64,000 nt of DNA from Guillardia theta CCMP2712 (Eukaryota > Protista > Cryptophyta), in NCBI RefSeq assembly GCF_000315625.1, contig NW_005434479.1, positions 19,599 through 83,598 on the forward strand, read 5' to 3'. Numbering within the stretch: position 1 is the stretch's first letter; each line of letters begins with the position of its first letter. The notes beneath the pieces are model-generated. The model made no database searches, was not told where the DNA came from, and worked only from the letters and a program-made list of their open reading frames with translations. Shown one piece after another: positions 35,271 through 47,141 of the stretch. The translations under genes and the position numbers were made by a program.

Positions 35271-36179
35271 GCATGGGCAGCGGGAGGGATAGCAGATGAA
35301 TCGGGCCACTAGATTGAATCTTTACTCAAATTGAATTATGCGGTAGGTCCGGCCCCGCCTCCGAGCCTTCACTGGCACTGAATCACTGAGGCTTCGCCTG
35401 AGCCCGGCGTCCCGGCCCGGCGTCCCGGTCCCCCGGGCAGTAAGATCGGGCTTGCCTCAGAGTTTGTGTTTAATTCCCTTTACAGGACAGCAATCCGTAG
35501 TCCTAAAAGACTAATAGGATGATCTTCTGCCTTAATTTTTCGTGCGTCATGCCGTGGAGCGGCATCGGGTTCAGGCAGGTAAGGAAATGGGGAAGAGAGG
35601 AGGAGGAGGAGGAGTTAGGACGCAGATCCAGTAGAAAGATTAAATCAGTGGAAACAAGCTCAGGATAGCAGAGCGGCGAAGGAGAAAGTCATCTGAGAGC
35701 AGAAGACGAGGGAGCATCGCAAGAATGAACAGTGGGTTACAAAGAGACAGAAGGAGTCAGGCAGGGAGAGGGCATGATCAATGAGTGAACTTGAAATTAG
35801 GCCGAGAGGTTTCTTAGTACCATCGTGCAGTGCCGTGCATGTCTTTTGTTGGCGCTTAAAGTACGAAGATGTGTGCAGCAAACCACAGGGACAGGATTGA
35901 AAGAAAACAAGGCCAGAATGAAGTCAGAAATGGTCTCAGATTCTGTAGTAGAAATGCATTCATATTGTGGTCGTTACTAGATGGAAAGATTCTTTCAGTG
36001 ATGCAAATATTTGTGTAATAGATTGCAAGAGTAATGTCGAATTTCGAGTTTGTGCCATGGCTCGTATCATGCCACAAACCGAATAGAATGAATGCACCTG
36101 CTGTTCATCTTTTTTTTGTTTCATTGTTCGCACGACACATTTGCTGACATGATGTCTACTACCTTTTGTTTTCAGCTGG

Positions 36180-37698
36180 GCCAAATATTTCGGAAGCGAG
36201 TTATGTTGTACACACAACAAACATCTGGAAGTTATCATAGAGTTTTGTTGGGCGTGTCCGCATCAGCAGTTTTCTGCTCGATGGGAGGTGAGTTATCTCA
36301 GCTGTGTCTCATTGCATTTGAGTGGTCGAGCAGCAGGTGTGGCGTTAGCGGAGCACAAGGCAGCGGAAGATGCATTGGGACGAGATTCGAAAGAGGTTGC
36401 CTCATTTCTCTGCCCGCCCGTCCTCCTCGATACTGCCTCCTCCTTGCTTCTTCTCCTTCCGTTCTGCTACGTCTACCATTCCTATATTTGTTCTGGTGCT
36501 CTACGTCTTTTGCTCGCAGTTTTCTAGCATCATGTGCTAAGTTATGCTCACAGCAGCATCGTCCCCTGTCTCATCTGGTGCTGTGCTGGGGAGGAGGGCT
36601 GTCAGGTGAGCAGTGAGTCACGGATTTGGGAGCAAGGAGAGGGAGAGGGAGAGGGAGAGGGCGAGGGCGAAGACGATGAGGATGATGAGGATGAGGATGT
36701 TTCGAAGTGACATACTCGTTAGGTGCGTTGGGGATCGGAGAGACGAGAAACTCAGCAACACCGAAGCATGTGGAAACTCTTCCAAAGGTAATGCAGATGA
36801 TGGGCATTAAGGCGAAGAGCTGGTTTGTTATGAGTCTGTTGAAATCATTATTCAAGATGCTCATGGTAGAAAGAGTGATGGCAACAATGAAAGCAGTATA
36901 GATGCTCTCAAATATTTCACTTCGTTAATTTCATTCAGAGGATATGACTTTGTTGTTGTCTCTTTCAGGATGTCACTCAGGTCGATTGCGGCGATTCTTG
37001 GAGCGCATGTATTGCTGGGGACTGTGAGTGAATTTCCTTGTTCGAAATATGAATGATGGCGTACTGCCCAGCTCTTTACACCTGGGGAAAAGGACAGGAT
37101 GGCAGGCAAGTTGGTACAGGAGGGGAAGGGAGGGAGGAAGGATGCCAGACAAAAGGAAAGGCATGATGCTATTCGCCTTTCACAGATTGGGGCTTGGGGA
37201 GACTCTTGACGTTCTTTATCCTCAAAAAGTGAATCTTGAAGGTGAGTTTGTTCTCTTGCTCAAATCCTTTCTCCTCCTCCCCTTCTCGTATGCTCGTACT
37301 TGAACCTACTTTTACCCTCCTTCTCTCTCTCCTCAGTATTCGTCTTCGCTTCGTTTTCTCTCTCCGCGATCTGCTTATCGAGCTTGATGGTAGAAGGCTC
37401 GTGAGCGTATGACGCTGGGTTGCAGGTGTGACTTGTGTATCCGCTGGGCATCGTCATGCTGCTGCGATCGTGGGAGGAGGAGACGTTTTTGTGTGGGGAA
37501 GAGGGTTCTCCGGCCAGCTGGGGCTGGGAACCAACAAGAGTCACTTCACTCCGCAGGTACTCTGAAATTGCTCAACTCCATGCTGTCCTGACTATCACCT
37601 TCTTACTTGCCTGCCCTCCCTCTTCTTTGCTGGGTCTACCTGCTGTTTGGTCCTTTCGTGTTTCGCCTGAAACCTGCGCGACTGTCTCTTTTTCTCTG

Positions 37699-37767
<69 letters not shown>

Positions 37768-38892
37768 CCTGGTCTCTCTCTCTCTCTCTCTCACTCTCTC
37801 TAATTTCTTCTCTGCTGATCCCTTCCGACCTGTGTCAACTTCCTTGTCTAGCCTCTCTCTTTCCCCATGCCAGTGAAAGCATTATCCTGCGGGGGCTCTC
37901 ACTCTCTCTTCATCACCGAGGACGGGCGCCTGTACGCGACAGGAAGGTGAAGTCTGCGTCTCTTGTCGGCCCGCAACTTCTCAGCTCCTGACAGGGGCAA
38001 GGAGGGTCAGCTGGGAACGGGCAGCCAAGAGAGCGTGCTCTCACCGGTTGAAGTTCAGATGCCTGAGGGGTCGGGGCGGGTGAAGGCGGCAGAATGCGGG
38101 AAGGACTTCTCGGTGATCGCGACGGAGAGCGGGCAGGTTTTCACATTCGGCTCGGACGACTACGGACAGCTGGGATTGGGGCAGTTCGCACGGTGACCCC
38201 CTGCTCCTGCTCTGCTGCTGCTGCTGGACTTACGCTCTTGGAAGGTACGCCATGACGCCGAAGGAGGTTGCGGTGCTGGCAGGAAAGAACGTGAGGAGCA
38301 TAGCAGCCGGTTGACTCCTGTCCTCCTCTCAGCCTGCACCTGCTCGTCTCAACTTCCATGCACAGGAGACTATCACGCCGCTGCCGTCACGTCTGACGGC
38401 AAACTGTACACGTGGGGTTACGGAAGATCCGGCCAGGTGAGCTTGTTGGGCTTCTGCTGGAGATTTCTCTTAGCGTAAGTGTCGCTGCCCCAGCTCGGCA
38501 ACGGCAACACAGTGGACGTCTCTCTCCCTGTCCTTGTGCGGGAGCTGCAGAACCTTCGGGTGCAGTCGGTAGCTTGTGGATGCGACCATACCGTCGCGGT
38601 AATTGACAGGGGATTGAAGGAGCAACTGATGCTCATCTCCTCTCAGGTTCTCGAGTCAGGAGAAGTGTTTGTGATGGGAAGAGGACGTGAGGGGCAGCTG
38701 GGACGGGGAGACATTGTCGAGAGCCCAGCTGTGTACAGAAGCGTTCCTCTTCAGGTGACCTTCCTTGCTCAAGAGAGAATTCGCGTGAGAACTTTGTCTT
38801 CCCCTTCCTCCCACGACTGTCTGATGCCTCCCCAGGTCCAGCAGGTTGCATGCGGCACCAGTCACACGCTTGCTCGAGGAGTCCGAACATGA
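36180..38892 (+). CDS. RCC1-repeat (beta-propeller) protein, multi-exon; 5' end uncertain
   Basis: Repeated RCC1 units: LCWGGGLSG|ALGIG, VSAGHRHAAAI...FVWGRGFSGQLGLG, LSCGGSHSLF, FTFGSDDYGQLGLG, YTWGYGRSGQ|LGNG, VACGCDHTV, VACGTSHTL. Confidence 0.9.
37697..37800. repeat. (TGTC)n/(TC)n intronic microsatellite
   Basis: Seen directly. Confidence 0.9.
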
Positions 38893-39726
38893 TCGCAAGT
38901 CTCTGATTCCAAGCTCTGCTCGTCTTCCCCCTCTCTTGTCGCTTGACAATAAATTCCCCGTCCTTCACCTGGCTGACATCTTAACGCAAGGCTCCAGAGC
39001 AGCTCCTGGCTCCTGGCTCCCGGCTCCTCCCTCCTCCTCCTCTCTCGCTCCTCCCTCCTCCCTCTTCCTTCCTCGCTCCTCGCTCCTTGCTCCTCTCTCC
39101 TCTCTCTGCTCTCTGCTCTCTGCTCTCTGCTCTCTGCTGTCTCTCCCCTCTCCTCTCCCTCCTCTCTCCTCCCTCCTCTCTCCTCCCTCCTCCCTCCGAT
39201 GTTTGTCGTATTCCTCTCCTGTTGCACTCTCATCTCCGTCACATCTTTCTGCATCGCAGTGAGTAGCTTGGTATGATTCCTGATTGCTGCTGTCAGGTTG
39301 GATACACCGGTGTTGTTCTTCAGCCTCGTTTCCAAGGATCCGATGTTATCATCTCAACAGCTGCCAACCACTCAGGACAGAGGAAATCTGCCTTCCTGAT
39401 GAGCAGCTAATGAGGCGGACTCGCTGGGGCGGAAAAGGCGGGCAGTGAATGGCGGGGCGAGAGGGGCGGGAGAGGTGGAGAGGAGGAGAGAAGTGGATGG
39501 AAGGAGGAGAGACGATGAAATGAGGTAGAGGGAGGGTGGGGAGACAGAGCGAGAGAACGAGAGGACGAGAGAGAAGGAGATTGATTCAAACTCTAGCTGT
39601 CACAGATCCAACATGGCTCAGAAGCGTTGAGCATCGTCAGAACTTACAAGACGATTCAGCAGAAGCCACGAGCTCACAAGCCCTACGCACTTGCCCAGCA
39701 GCTGTCTGACAGGTCGAGGTTAAGGC

Positions 39727-42450
39727 ATGAGCACACCGGGAGGGGACGAGAGGCAGGAGGGATACGACGGGGAGTCGAACAACTCCTCCAACTCTTACGC
39801 GACTGTCGCGTCCTCTGGTTCCAACGTCGCGCAGAGGCTCATGGAGCTTGATGGTGGCGCTCAGGAAGCGCAAGACGAGGCAGTCACCGACAAGTCGGCG
39901 TCTCCCTCCATGCACCAAGGAAGCGCGTCAGTGCTGGTCCCTGACTTCAGCTTCCGGCCTAGACCCCGATCATCATGCAGCCACTCGCCAAGGAAGGAAG
40001 ACGCGCCGACCAGACGTGAGGAGGTTGTCGAGAAGGCTCAGCATGTTCAGGCGCATCTGAGAGCATGCGGATTCGAGGGGTTCCCGATGAACGTGGAGGA
40101 CAAGGGGCTGAGCTCGGACGTGCAGGACAGATCAGCCACCATGAGCGTGACTGAGGATTTCATGGCGCAGCTGCTGATGAAGCTGGAAGAAGTGATTGTT
40201 CAGTACAAGAAGCGAGGAGTTCTGGTAGAGGACTTCTTGACTGGGGACAAGTCTCCGTTGAAGCACAAACAGGGGCAGGAGGGTGTTGGTGAGAATTCTC
40301 CCGAGAGCTTCGCTGACTCTCGTTTCTCTCCTCTCACAGACTCATCCAACCTCTTCCTCCTCCATGACTCCGAGAGGTCGAAGAAATCTTCTCCTGACAG
40401 CCACCACCGCAAGGCGTTCAACCAGTGCCAGATCGACTGGAGCTGCACGCAACCTGACCAGGGGCAGCAAGCGCGGGAGGACGAGCTGTTGCTGAGGATC
40501 GATGAGATGAGGAGGAAGGAAGCGAAGCTCATGCACATCCTGCATGAGAAGGAGCAGATGCTGGAGCAGTGTCAGGAGAGGCTGCGTATCATGCTCAAAG
40601 AGAACGATAGACGGAAGGAGACTGCTCTCAAAGTGGTCCGGGCAACTCAGATGAAGCTGGGGGGGAAAGAGAAGGCGACTGCTGGACTAGACCCGCGGAC
40701 AGCCTCACTGATCCATGAGCTGGCGGAGATGAACCATGCGCTGGAGAGAGACAAGGGCAGGCTGGAAGAAGAGAACAAGTCAGTGATGGCGAGGCTTCGA
40801 GACATGGAGAATGCGATGACTGTGCCCTTGAGGGGCAGGGACCAGGAGGCTGTAAACTTCGGGCGGCTGCGAGAGGAGCTGATCAAGAGCCAGCGGGTGA
40901 TGGAGGAGTTGTCGGACAAGATCAGGCAGAAGGAAAGTGAAGCTCAGGTGGCGAACTCGCGCAAGGAGTCGATCCTCGCGTCCTACGAGCAGCTGCAGGA
41001 GAGGTTGAAGATGATGGAAGCCCAGCACGAGGAAACGCCGAAGCCGGAGTATGTTGACTCGTTGGAGAGGGCGATGTGGAGCATGGAGAAGGAGATGGCG
41101 CAAATCAAGCACAGGCTGAAGAGCGACCTCAATGTGTTCAAGGACCTCGGCCTTCTCCTCGGCACGCAGGACCACAGCAATTTCATCCCCACCATCCGAG
41201 ATCTGAAGAAGAAGGCGGCGGAGATGGAGGTTATGGCGGGAAGAATCCATGAAGTCTTCATGGAGCTGCCCATGGAGGAACGAGTTTCTTGCGGTGAAGT
41301 GAAGAGCGAAGACTGGGACTTGATGTTGACGTTGCTGGCTGAGAGAAAATATGGTACAAAGATCACGCTCGATGCTCGGAAATTTCAGGAGGAGCAGACA
41401 CAGGAACAGGAAAATCTCAGGAGGAAGGAGGAGGACCAGAAGCTGGTCGGGAAGGAGGAAGAAGCGGAGGCGATCGCTGTGCTTGCTGAGATCGAAGCTG
41501 TGCTTTCACAGCGCGTCAGCCCCTTGGCCCTCAACGCCATCAAAGCCGGCAAGAAGCATGGCGATGCTCACGTGCTCGGCTCTCAGGGCAAGGAGGTGGT
41601 GGAGGAAGTGAGAGACTTGGTAGCGTACGAGCGTTGCTGTCTGGCGCGTACATTTCTGGAGGGTGAGGAGGAGGAGGAGAAAGAGGAAGAGAAGGTCTGC
41701 AGAGAGCTGCTGATGCAGGTCCAAGCTCTCCTTGGGGTCGACTCTGTCTCGAGCATCCTCCCCAAGATCTCTTGGATGAGGGAGATGGCCAAGGAAGCAG
41801 ATCGTGCTCGCGCGTCCCTGCTTCTCATGCTACAGCTGCCGCTCGATGCTTCCTGGCAAGACTGTATGCTGGCTCTCAAGCGGGTCGGCACTGATTCGAA
41901 GCCTCTGGCTCCGGATGAACCTCCTTCAACTCAGGAAGTCGCAAAGACTCCGAGCCCCGACAAGCAAGTACGACCCGTGGAGACTGAGCCTTATAGCACA
42001 AAGGAGGAGGAGCAGGAGGAGCAGGAGCGGGAGCAGCAGGAGTATGATCATGAGCAAGAGAAGAAGGTTCATTGCGTCAGACCAGCGTCAGCGAGGAGGC
42101 AGAAGCCGGTAGCCTGGGAGCTCAGGTTGGATTCGCACAGGAGCATGAGCATGCGCGAGGACATGTCCAAGGGAGCGCCTGGGGCTCACCATGACCTGAG
42201 AAGGAGCCTCCAAGTTACGCTGGTTCCCTTACCCGAGGAGGACCCCAGCTCGTCTTCTCCCCGGGCTTCCCAGGGAGTCTTGCAAGAAGCCTGCGGTCGC
42301 CACCTCCTCGCTCGCGCGCGCATGTCGGCGGGTACGGCACTGCAGCCTCCTCGTCGCTGGAGGCCTCGGCCGGTGAGCTCGACCAGCCTCGTGCAGGCTG
42401 CGGGGAAGAATGGGACGAGAACGTCGCAGAGGATGAGAAGTCAGCGGTGA
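39727..42450 (+). CDS. Large coiled-coil protein, CEP70-like
   Basis: 907-aa ORF with long heptad regions. N-terminal VQAHLRACGF and C-terminal VQALLGVDSVSSILPKI...ASLLLMLQLPLDASW resemble the conserved CEP70 segments as recalled; not searched. Confidence 0.55.
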   Translation: MSTPGGDERQEGYDGESNNSSNSYATVASSGSNVAQRLMELDGGAQEAQDEAVTDKSASPSMHQGSASVLVPDFSFRPRPRSSCSHSPRKEDAPTRREEVVEKAQHVQAHLRACGFEGFPMNVEDKGLSSDVQDRSATMSVTEDFMAQLLMKLEEVIVQYKKRGVLVEDFLTGDKSPLKHKQGQEGVGENSPESFADSRFSPLTDSSNLFLLHDSERSKKSSPDSHHRKAFNQCQIDWSCTQPDQGQQAREDELLLRIDEMRRKEAKLMHILHEKEQMLEQCQERLRIMLKENDRRKETALKVVRATQMKLGGKEKATAGLDPRTASLIHELAEMNHALERDKGRLEEENKSVMARLRDMENAMTVPLRGRDQEAVNFGRLREELIKSQRVMEELSDKIRQKESEAQVANSRKESILASYEQLQERLKMMEAQHEETPKPEYVDSLERAMWSMEKEMAQIKHRLKSDLNVFKDLGLLLGTQDHSNFIPTIRDLKKKAAEMEVMAGRIHEVFMELPMEERVSCGEVKSEDWDLMLTLLAERKYGTKITLDARKFQEEQTQEQENLRRKEEDQKLVGKEEEAEAIAVLAEIEAVLSQRVSPLALNAIKAGKKHGDAHVLGSQGKEVVEEVRDLVAYERCCLARTFLEGEEEEEKEEEKVCRELLMQVQALLGVDSVSSILPKISWMREMAKEADRARASLLLMLQLPLDASWQDCMLALKRVGTDSKPLAPDEPPSTQEVAKTPSPDKQVRPVETEPYSTKEEEQEEQEREQQEYDHEQEKKVHCVRPASARRQKPVAWELRLDSHRSMSMREDMSKGAPGAHHDLRRSLQVTLVPLPEEDPSSSSPRASQGVLQEACGRHLLARARMSAGTALQPPRRWRPRPVSSTSLVQAAGKNGTRTSQRMRSQR

Positions 42451-42819
42451 GAGGAAAAGAATCTTAAGTCTAATCAAAGTTATGAATCAAATGACAGTGA
42501 TATACAGGAGGAGAGGGGAGGGGAGGGAATGGGAGGAGAGGAGAGGGGAGGGAGGGGAGGAGGGGAGAGGAGAGGAGGGGAAGGGAGGGGAAGGGAGGAG
42601 AAGGGGAGAGGAGAGAATATGCACTTCATTATGTATCTCACTTGGATGCTACAAACACTTCGATAACGATTGATGCCGAAGGACGTGGAAGAAACCTTGC
42701 TGGTTGTTGTTGCATTGCTTCTTCTGCTGCTGCTTCTGCTTCTGAAAGGATTTCTTGGTTCCGTCAAGACTCGTAGGGCGAGTAGAAGAAGTCAAGTGAC
42801 TTCACTTGGACCTCATCTG

Positions 42820-43518
42820 AGCCTGCAGCTGCATGTCAACCGGTCTTCCTCTCTCCTTCCTGCTACCTGCAGCGTTGCAGTAGCCAAGGCGATGAGCCAG
42901 GCTGGAGCTCGAGTGCCAACCTACGCAGTGAGTAGATGAGACGGGAGGAGACAACGAGACGGAGGAGAGGAGAAAGGCCGGAGGCTGGACAGGAAGGACG
43001 AGGGAGAGTAGAAGTGGCGAGGTGAGGATGTGGGGGAGATGTGGGGGGTTCGACCTTGAGGCCTTCTAGCAGATCTCTCTCCGCCTCTGCTGATCGTCGT
43101 CTGCTCTCGTTGTAGTCCACTATCAGAGCGTAAAAAGTCTCTCCTGCTCCCGCCAGCTTGGGAGTGAAACGCCAGCCCAGGTGCTGATAACCATCGCACG
43201 ACGAACACACCAAGATATCCCCTGCAAGTACATCAACAGAACCAGAGCACAAGAAGGGAGAGGTGAAGAGTAGAAGAAGAGAAGAGAGAGGGAGGAAGGA
43301 GTGGAGGGAGGAAAGAAGGAGGGGGACGAGAGGACTGAAGATGTGTGGGGTCTGAAATCTTAGGTATCTCTGCCTTGGCTTACATTGGTAGTCAGGGAAC
43401 CAAGAGTCGCTTGCGGCGGCAGCATCAACGGGGATGATGAGAAGGCCTTCGGGATTGATCGTCCTCGTCCTAATGAGCTTGAAGGGCAGCTGCTGCGGGT
43501 TCAGCCTGTCGGGCTGCT
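42820..43518 (-). CDS. Cereblon-like CULT (thalidomide-binding, Yippee/Mis18 fold) domain protein; 5' exons uncertain, next to an N gap
   Basis: Spliced: ...LNPQQLPFKLI...SDSWFPDYQ|WDILVCSSCDGYQHLGWRF...FYALI, matching the CULT motif SWFPxYxW...CxxC..HxGWxF. Confidence 0.75.
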
Positions 43519-43833
43519 TGAAATGATAGATGGGAACCTAAGCTGAAGTCAAACCTACTCCTTACAGGAGGGAGGAGGGAGGAGGGAGGAGGGAGGAGGG
43601 AGGAGGGAGGAGGNNNNNNNNNNNNNNNNNNNNNNNNNNNNNNNNNNNNNNNNNNNNNNNNNNNNNNNNNNNNNNNNNNNNNNNNNNNNNNNNNNNNNNN
43701 NNNNNNNNNNNNNCCCTCCCTCCCTCCCTCCCCTCCTCCTCAGCTTCGCTATCTCATTCTTCGCTTTTCAGGTTCGCCTCCTCTGGCGCCCTCTCAACGT
43801 CTCTACTCTCTTCGCCTGCTAGTGGTGAAATTT

Positions 43834-43959
<126 letters not shown>

Positions 43960-44976
43960 TTCCTCCTCTGCCCCCCCGTCTCCCGGTCCTCTTCTCGCTC
44001 CTGCTCCTGCTCCTGCTCCCCGTCTTCGTCTCTTACATCTAACAGGCGTCAAGCGCGACTCTACCAAGACAAGTCTCTTGCCTGTGGGATCGCCCAAAGG
44101 TCCCTCCCCTCAGCTGTTCCTGCTCCAATTCTACTGCTGCTGCTGCTGCTGCTCCTCCTCCTCCTCCTCCTCCTCCACCTTCTCCTTCCCCACTGTGTCT
44201 CCGGCTCATTCCATGGCTCAGGGACTGCCCGTCAAAGAACGTCAAGAATGGGAGGAAGATGAAGAGAAGACGAGAGGAGGAGGAGGAGGAGGAAGAGGAG
44301 GAGGAGGAGCAGCAGCAGCAGTCAAGGGTAAGGGGAGTAACAAACGAATTTCCTTGCTCAACGATCTGCTCTTGTCTGGTTCTACACCGCAGGGAAGAGG
44401 GGCGAGGAGGAGGTGGACGAGGAAGAGAAAGAAAGAGAGGAAAGAAGATGCAGGGAGGGAGGGAGTGGGTGGGTGGGGGGGAGGAGGAAGGGAGGGAGGG
44501 AGGGAGGAGAAGGAGGGAGGGAGGGAGGGAGGAGAGGGAGGGAGGAGAGGGAGGGAGGAGAGGGAGGGAGGAGAGGGAAGGCACAGCGGAGGGTGGAGAG
44601 CAGAGGGAGGGAGGGAGGGAGGGAGTCAGGGAGAAGGTGAGGGGAGGGCAAGGTTGGGCAGTGGGGAGAATGTGAGTTTGTGGAGAGGTGAGTTCAAGGA
44701 CAAGAGAGTCGGGTCGAGGTATCAGAGTTACACCTGCAGGTAGTCGATGCGTTCAGCGTCCACATGGAGGAGGAGGAGAAGGGGAAGGAGGAGGAGGAGG
44801 GAGAGAGGGGAACGAAAGGACGACGTTGTGTTGATCTTCATTGCTGGAGAAAGGTCAAGGGAAATGAAAGAGGGGTAGGGGGTTCCTACATACGGGTCTT
44901 TGAAAGCGTAAATGGGGTCAAAATAACGGTGGGGTATATGAAATGCCACTGCATGGGTAGGGTGAGTCAGGAAGCC

Positions 44977-46140
44977 ATGGCAAGGAGGGCGAGAATGGGC
45001 GAGCGGGTGCTGCTGCATGTGTACGACCTGTCGCCGATGAATGCATACGCGTAATGCTGCTCCATGCTCCTGCTCCTGCTCCTGCTCCTGCTCCAGCTCC
45101 AGCTCCAGCTCCAGCTCCTCCTGCGTGCCATCTCCCCTCCCCCCCCCCCTCTCCCGCTCCTCCATGATCTCCTTCAGTCCCTCGCTCAGCTCTCTTTCTT
45201 CGTCCCCTTTCTCCCCTTCGCTCTCTCCTCTTCCCTCAAGTATCTTGTCACGCCCTGCTTTCCTCTGCTGCCACCGTCGGCCTCCTCTGTTTTCCCCTCC
45301 AGCTCATTCCTAGCTATTCATTGACCGACATGCTCAGCTACGATTTCGGGTTCGGTGCTTTTCATAGCGGGGTGGAAGTGAACAGCGTGGAGCACACGTT
45401 TGCAGGGAACGAGAGCTCATCCTCAGGCATAGTTCGCCATCCGCCCAAGCAGGTTCCCTCCGCTCGCTTCCGGATCAGCATCGACATGGGCGAGACGAAC
45501 AAGTCAAGCTCGGAGATCGAAGCGGAGGTTCGATGGGAGGGAAGATTTAGAGAAACGTGACTTGGCAGTCAGCTTGCGTTCTTGGGGCAGCACTTTCAAG
45601 GGAACACGTATCATCCCGTGATGAAGAACTGTAATCACTTCTCGGATGTAACATTTGTTGTTGTTTAGTTGCTTTGTTGCTGATGGTTATTTGCAGGCGT
45701 TCTGTCAAGCTCTTGTTGGCAAGCGGATTCCTGGTTGGATCAACAGGTGAAATCTCGAGATGTTATTTGAATGCAAGGCAAGGCATCTCGTTGAGATTTG
45801 CCGTCGCAGATTGGCAAACATGGGATCATGCTTCTCGTGTCTCCTTCCCACCGGTAATAGGAGCTATGATTGAAAATTTCGAATCTAACTTTCAGTTTAC
45901 AGCGAACAGGAGCTCTGATCAAGTTTGAGATGTCTTCGATTATACATCATGTTTGACGTGCATGACAAGGGCTTTCTGACGAGCCAAGCAAGTTCCTTTA
46001 GTGCCTTCAGGGGAGAGGTGAGGGAGGCGGTTGGTAGAGCTCATCTGACTTGTTCTCGTGTAGGGATTTACTCTCAGTCCAGCTCAAATTCAGATGTCGA
46101 GAAGAGAGACAACAGCTGCAGACAAAGATCCCGAAGAAAG
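44977..46140 (+). CDS. PPPDE/DeSI-type deSUMOylating/deubiquitinating peptidase (C97), multi-exon; 3' end approximate
   Basis: VLLHVYDLS, GFGAFHSGVEV (catalytic His), YHPVMKNCNHFSD (catalytic Cys), IPGWINR|LA. Confidence 0.9.
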
Positions 46141-46156
46141 GTTATCCCTTGCCCTT

Positions 46157-46230
46157 GCCCTCGCCCTCGCCCTCGCCCTCGCCCTCGCCCTCGCCCTCGC
46201 CCTCGCCCTCGCCCTCGCCCTCGCCCTCGC
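46157..46230. repeat. (CCCTCG)n hexanucleotide repeat
   Basis: Seen directly. Confidence 0.9.
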
Positions 46231-47141
46231 CACCGTCCCCCCGCCCCCGTCCTCGTCATCTCTGACGATGTTTTGCTTATCTTGATGCTTCTATCTTCTT
46301 ATTTATGTTCCCCCCATTGTTTTCTTTCCACTTTCCTACTTTTTATCCTCCCTCTCTGATACTTGGTTGGTCTTTACTTGGGTTGTGGATCTTCGGCCTC
46401 TTCCCTCCTCCCTCCACTATTTAGCATAATTTTAATTAGACTTGGTAATAAAAAANNNNNNNNNNNNNNNNNNNNNNNNNNNNNNNNNNNNNNNNNNNNN
46501 NNNNNNNNNNNNNNNNNNNNNNNNNNNNNNNNNNNNNNNNNNNNNNNNNNNNNNNCCTCCTCCTCCTCCTCTACTTGGTCTTGACGTGCGTGCAGCCGTG
46601 CCTTGCTAGCTTCAGCAGCTCTCGCCCGTCTGGGAAGACAGCACGAGGTCTCCCAAGACTAAGAAAGCTCCCCTGCCAATCTGCTGTCCTCCTCCTCCTC
46701 CTCCTCCTCCTCCTCCTTTTTTCCTTCCTCCTCCCCCTCCTCCTCCACCACTTCCCCCCCCTCTCCTCCACCACCACCTTTTCCTCCTCCTCCTCGTTCC
46801 ACCCTCCTCTGTCCTGCCTTCCTTCCAATCGTGATCATCACCATCATCAGAAGTCAGTCCCTATTCGAGTGATATTGTTTCAACCCCCATGCATTCTTGC
46901 CTTTCTTCCTCCCATCTCCTTGAACTGCACAATTTTCATATTTCTTTTTTCCCTCAATGTTCTTTCTCCGTTTCACATTTTATGTTTCTCAATTGTGCTT
47001 GTATATGACTTTTCTCTTCCTTACGAAAATATCACGCCTATTTCTTATTCTTTACATAATGATGCGGCAAATAAACTCATCTTTCAAGAAAACGACCTTT
47101 TTGTCAGAGTGCTTTGGTTCTCGCTGATCTAAGAAACACTT

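Noticed and set aside
36180-38892. UVR8 photoreceptor
   Set aside because: RCC1 repeats are present but the GWRHT tryptophan triad motifs are absent
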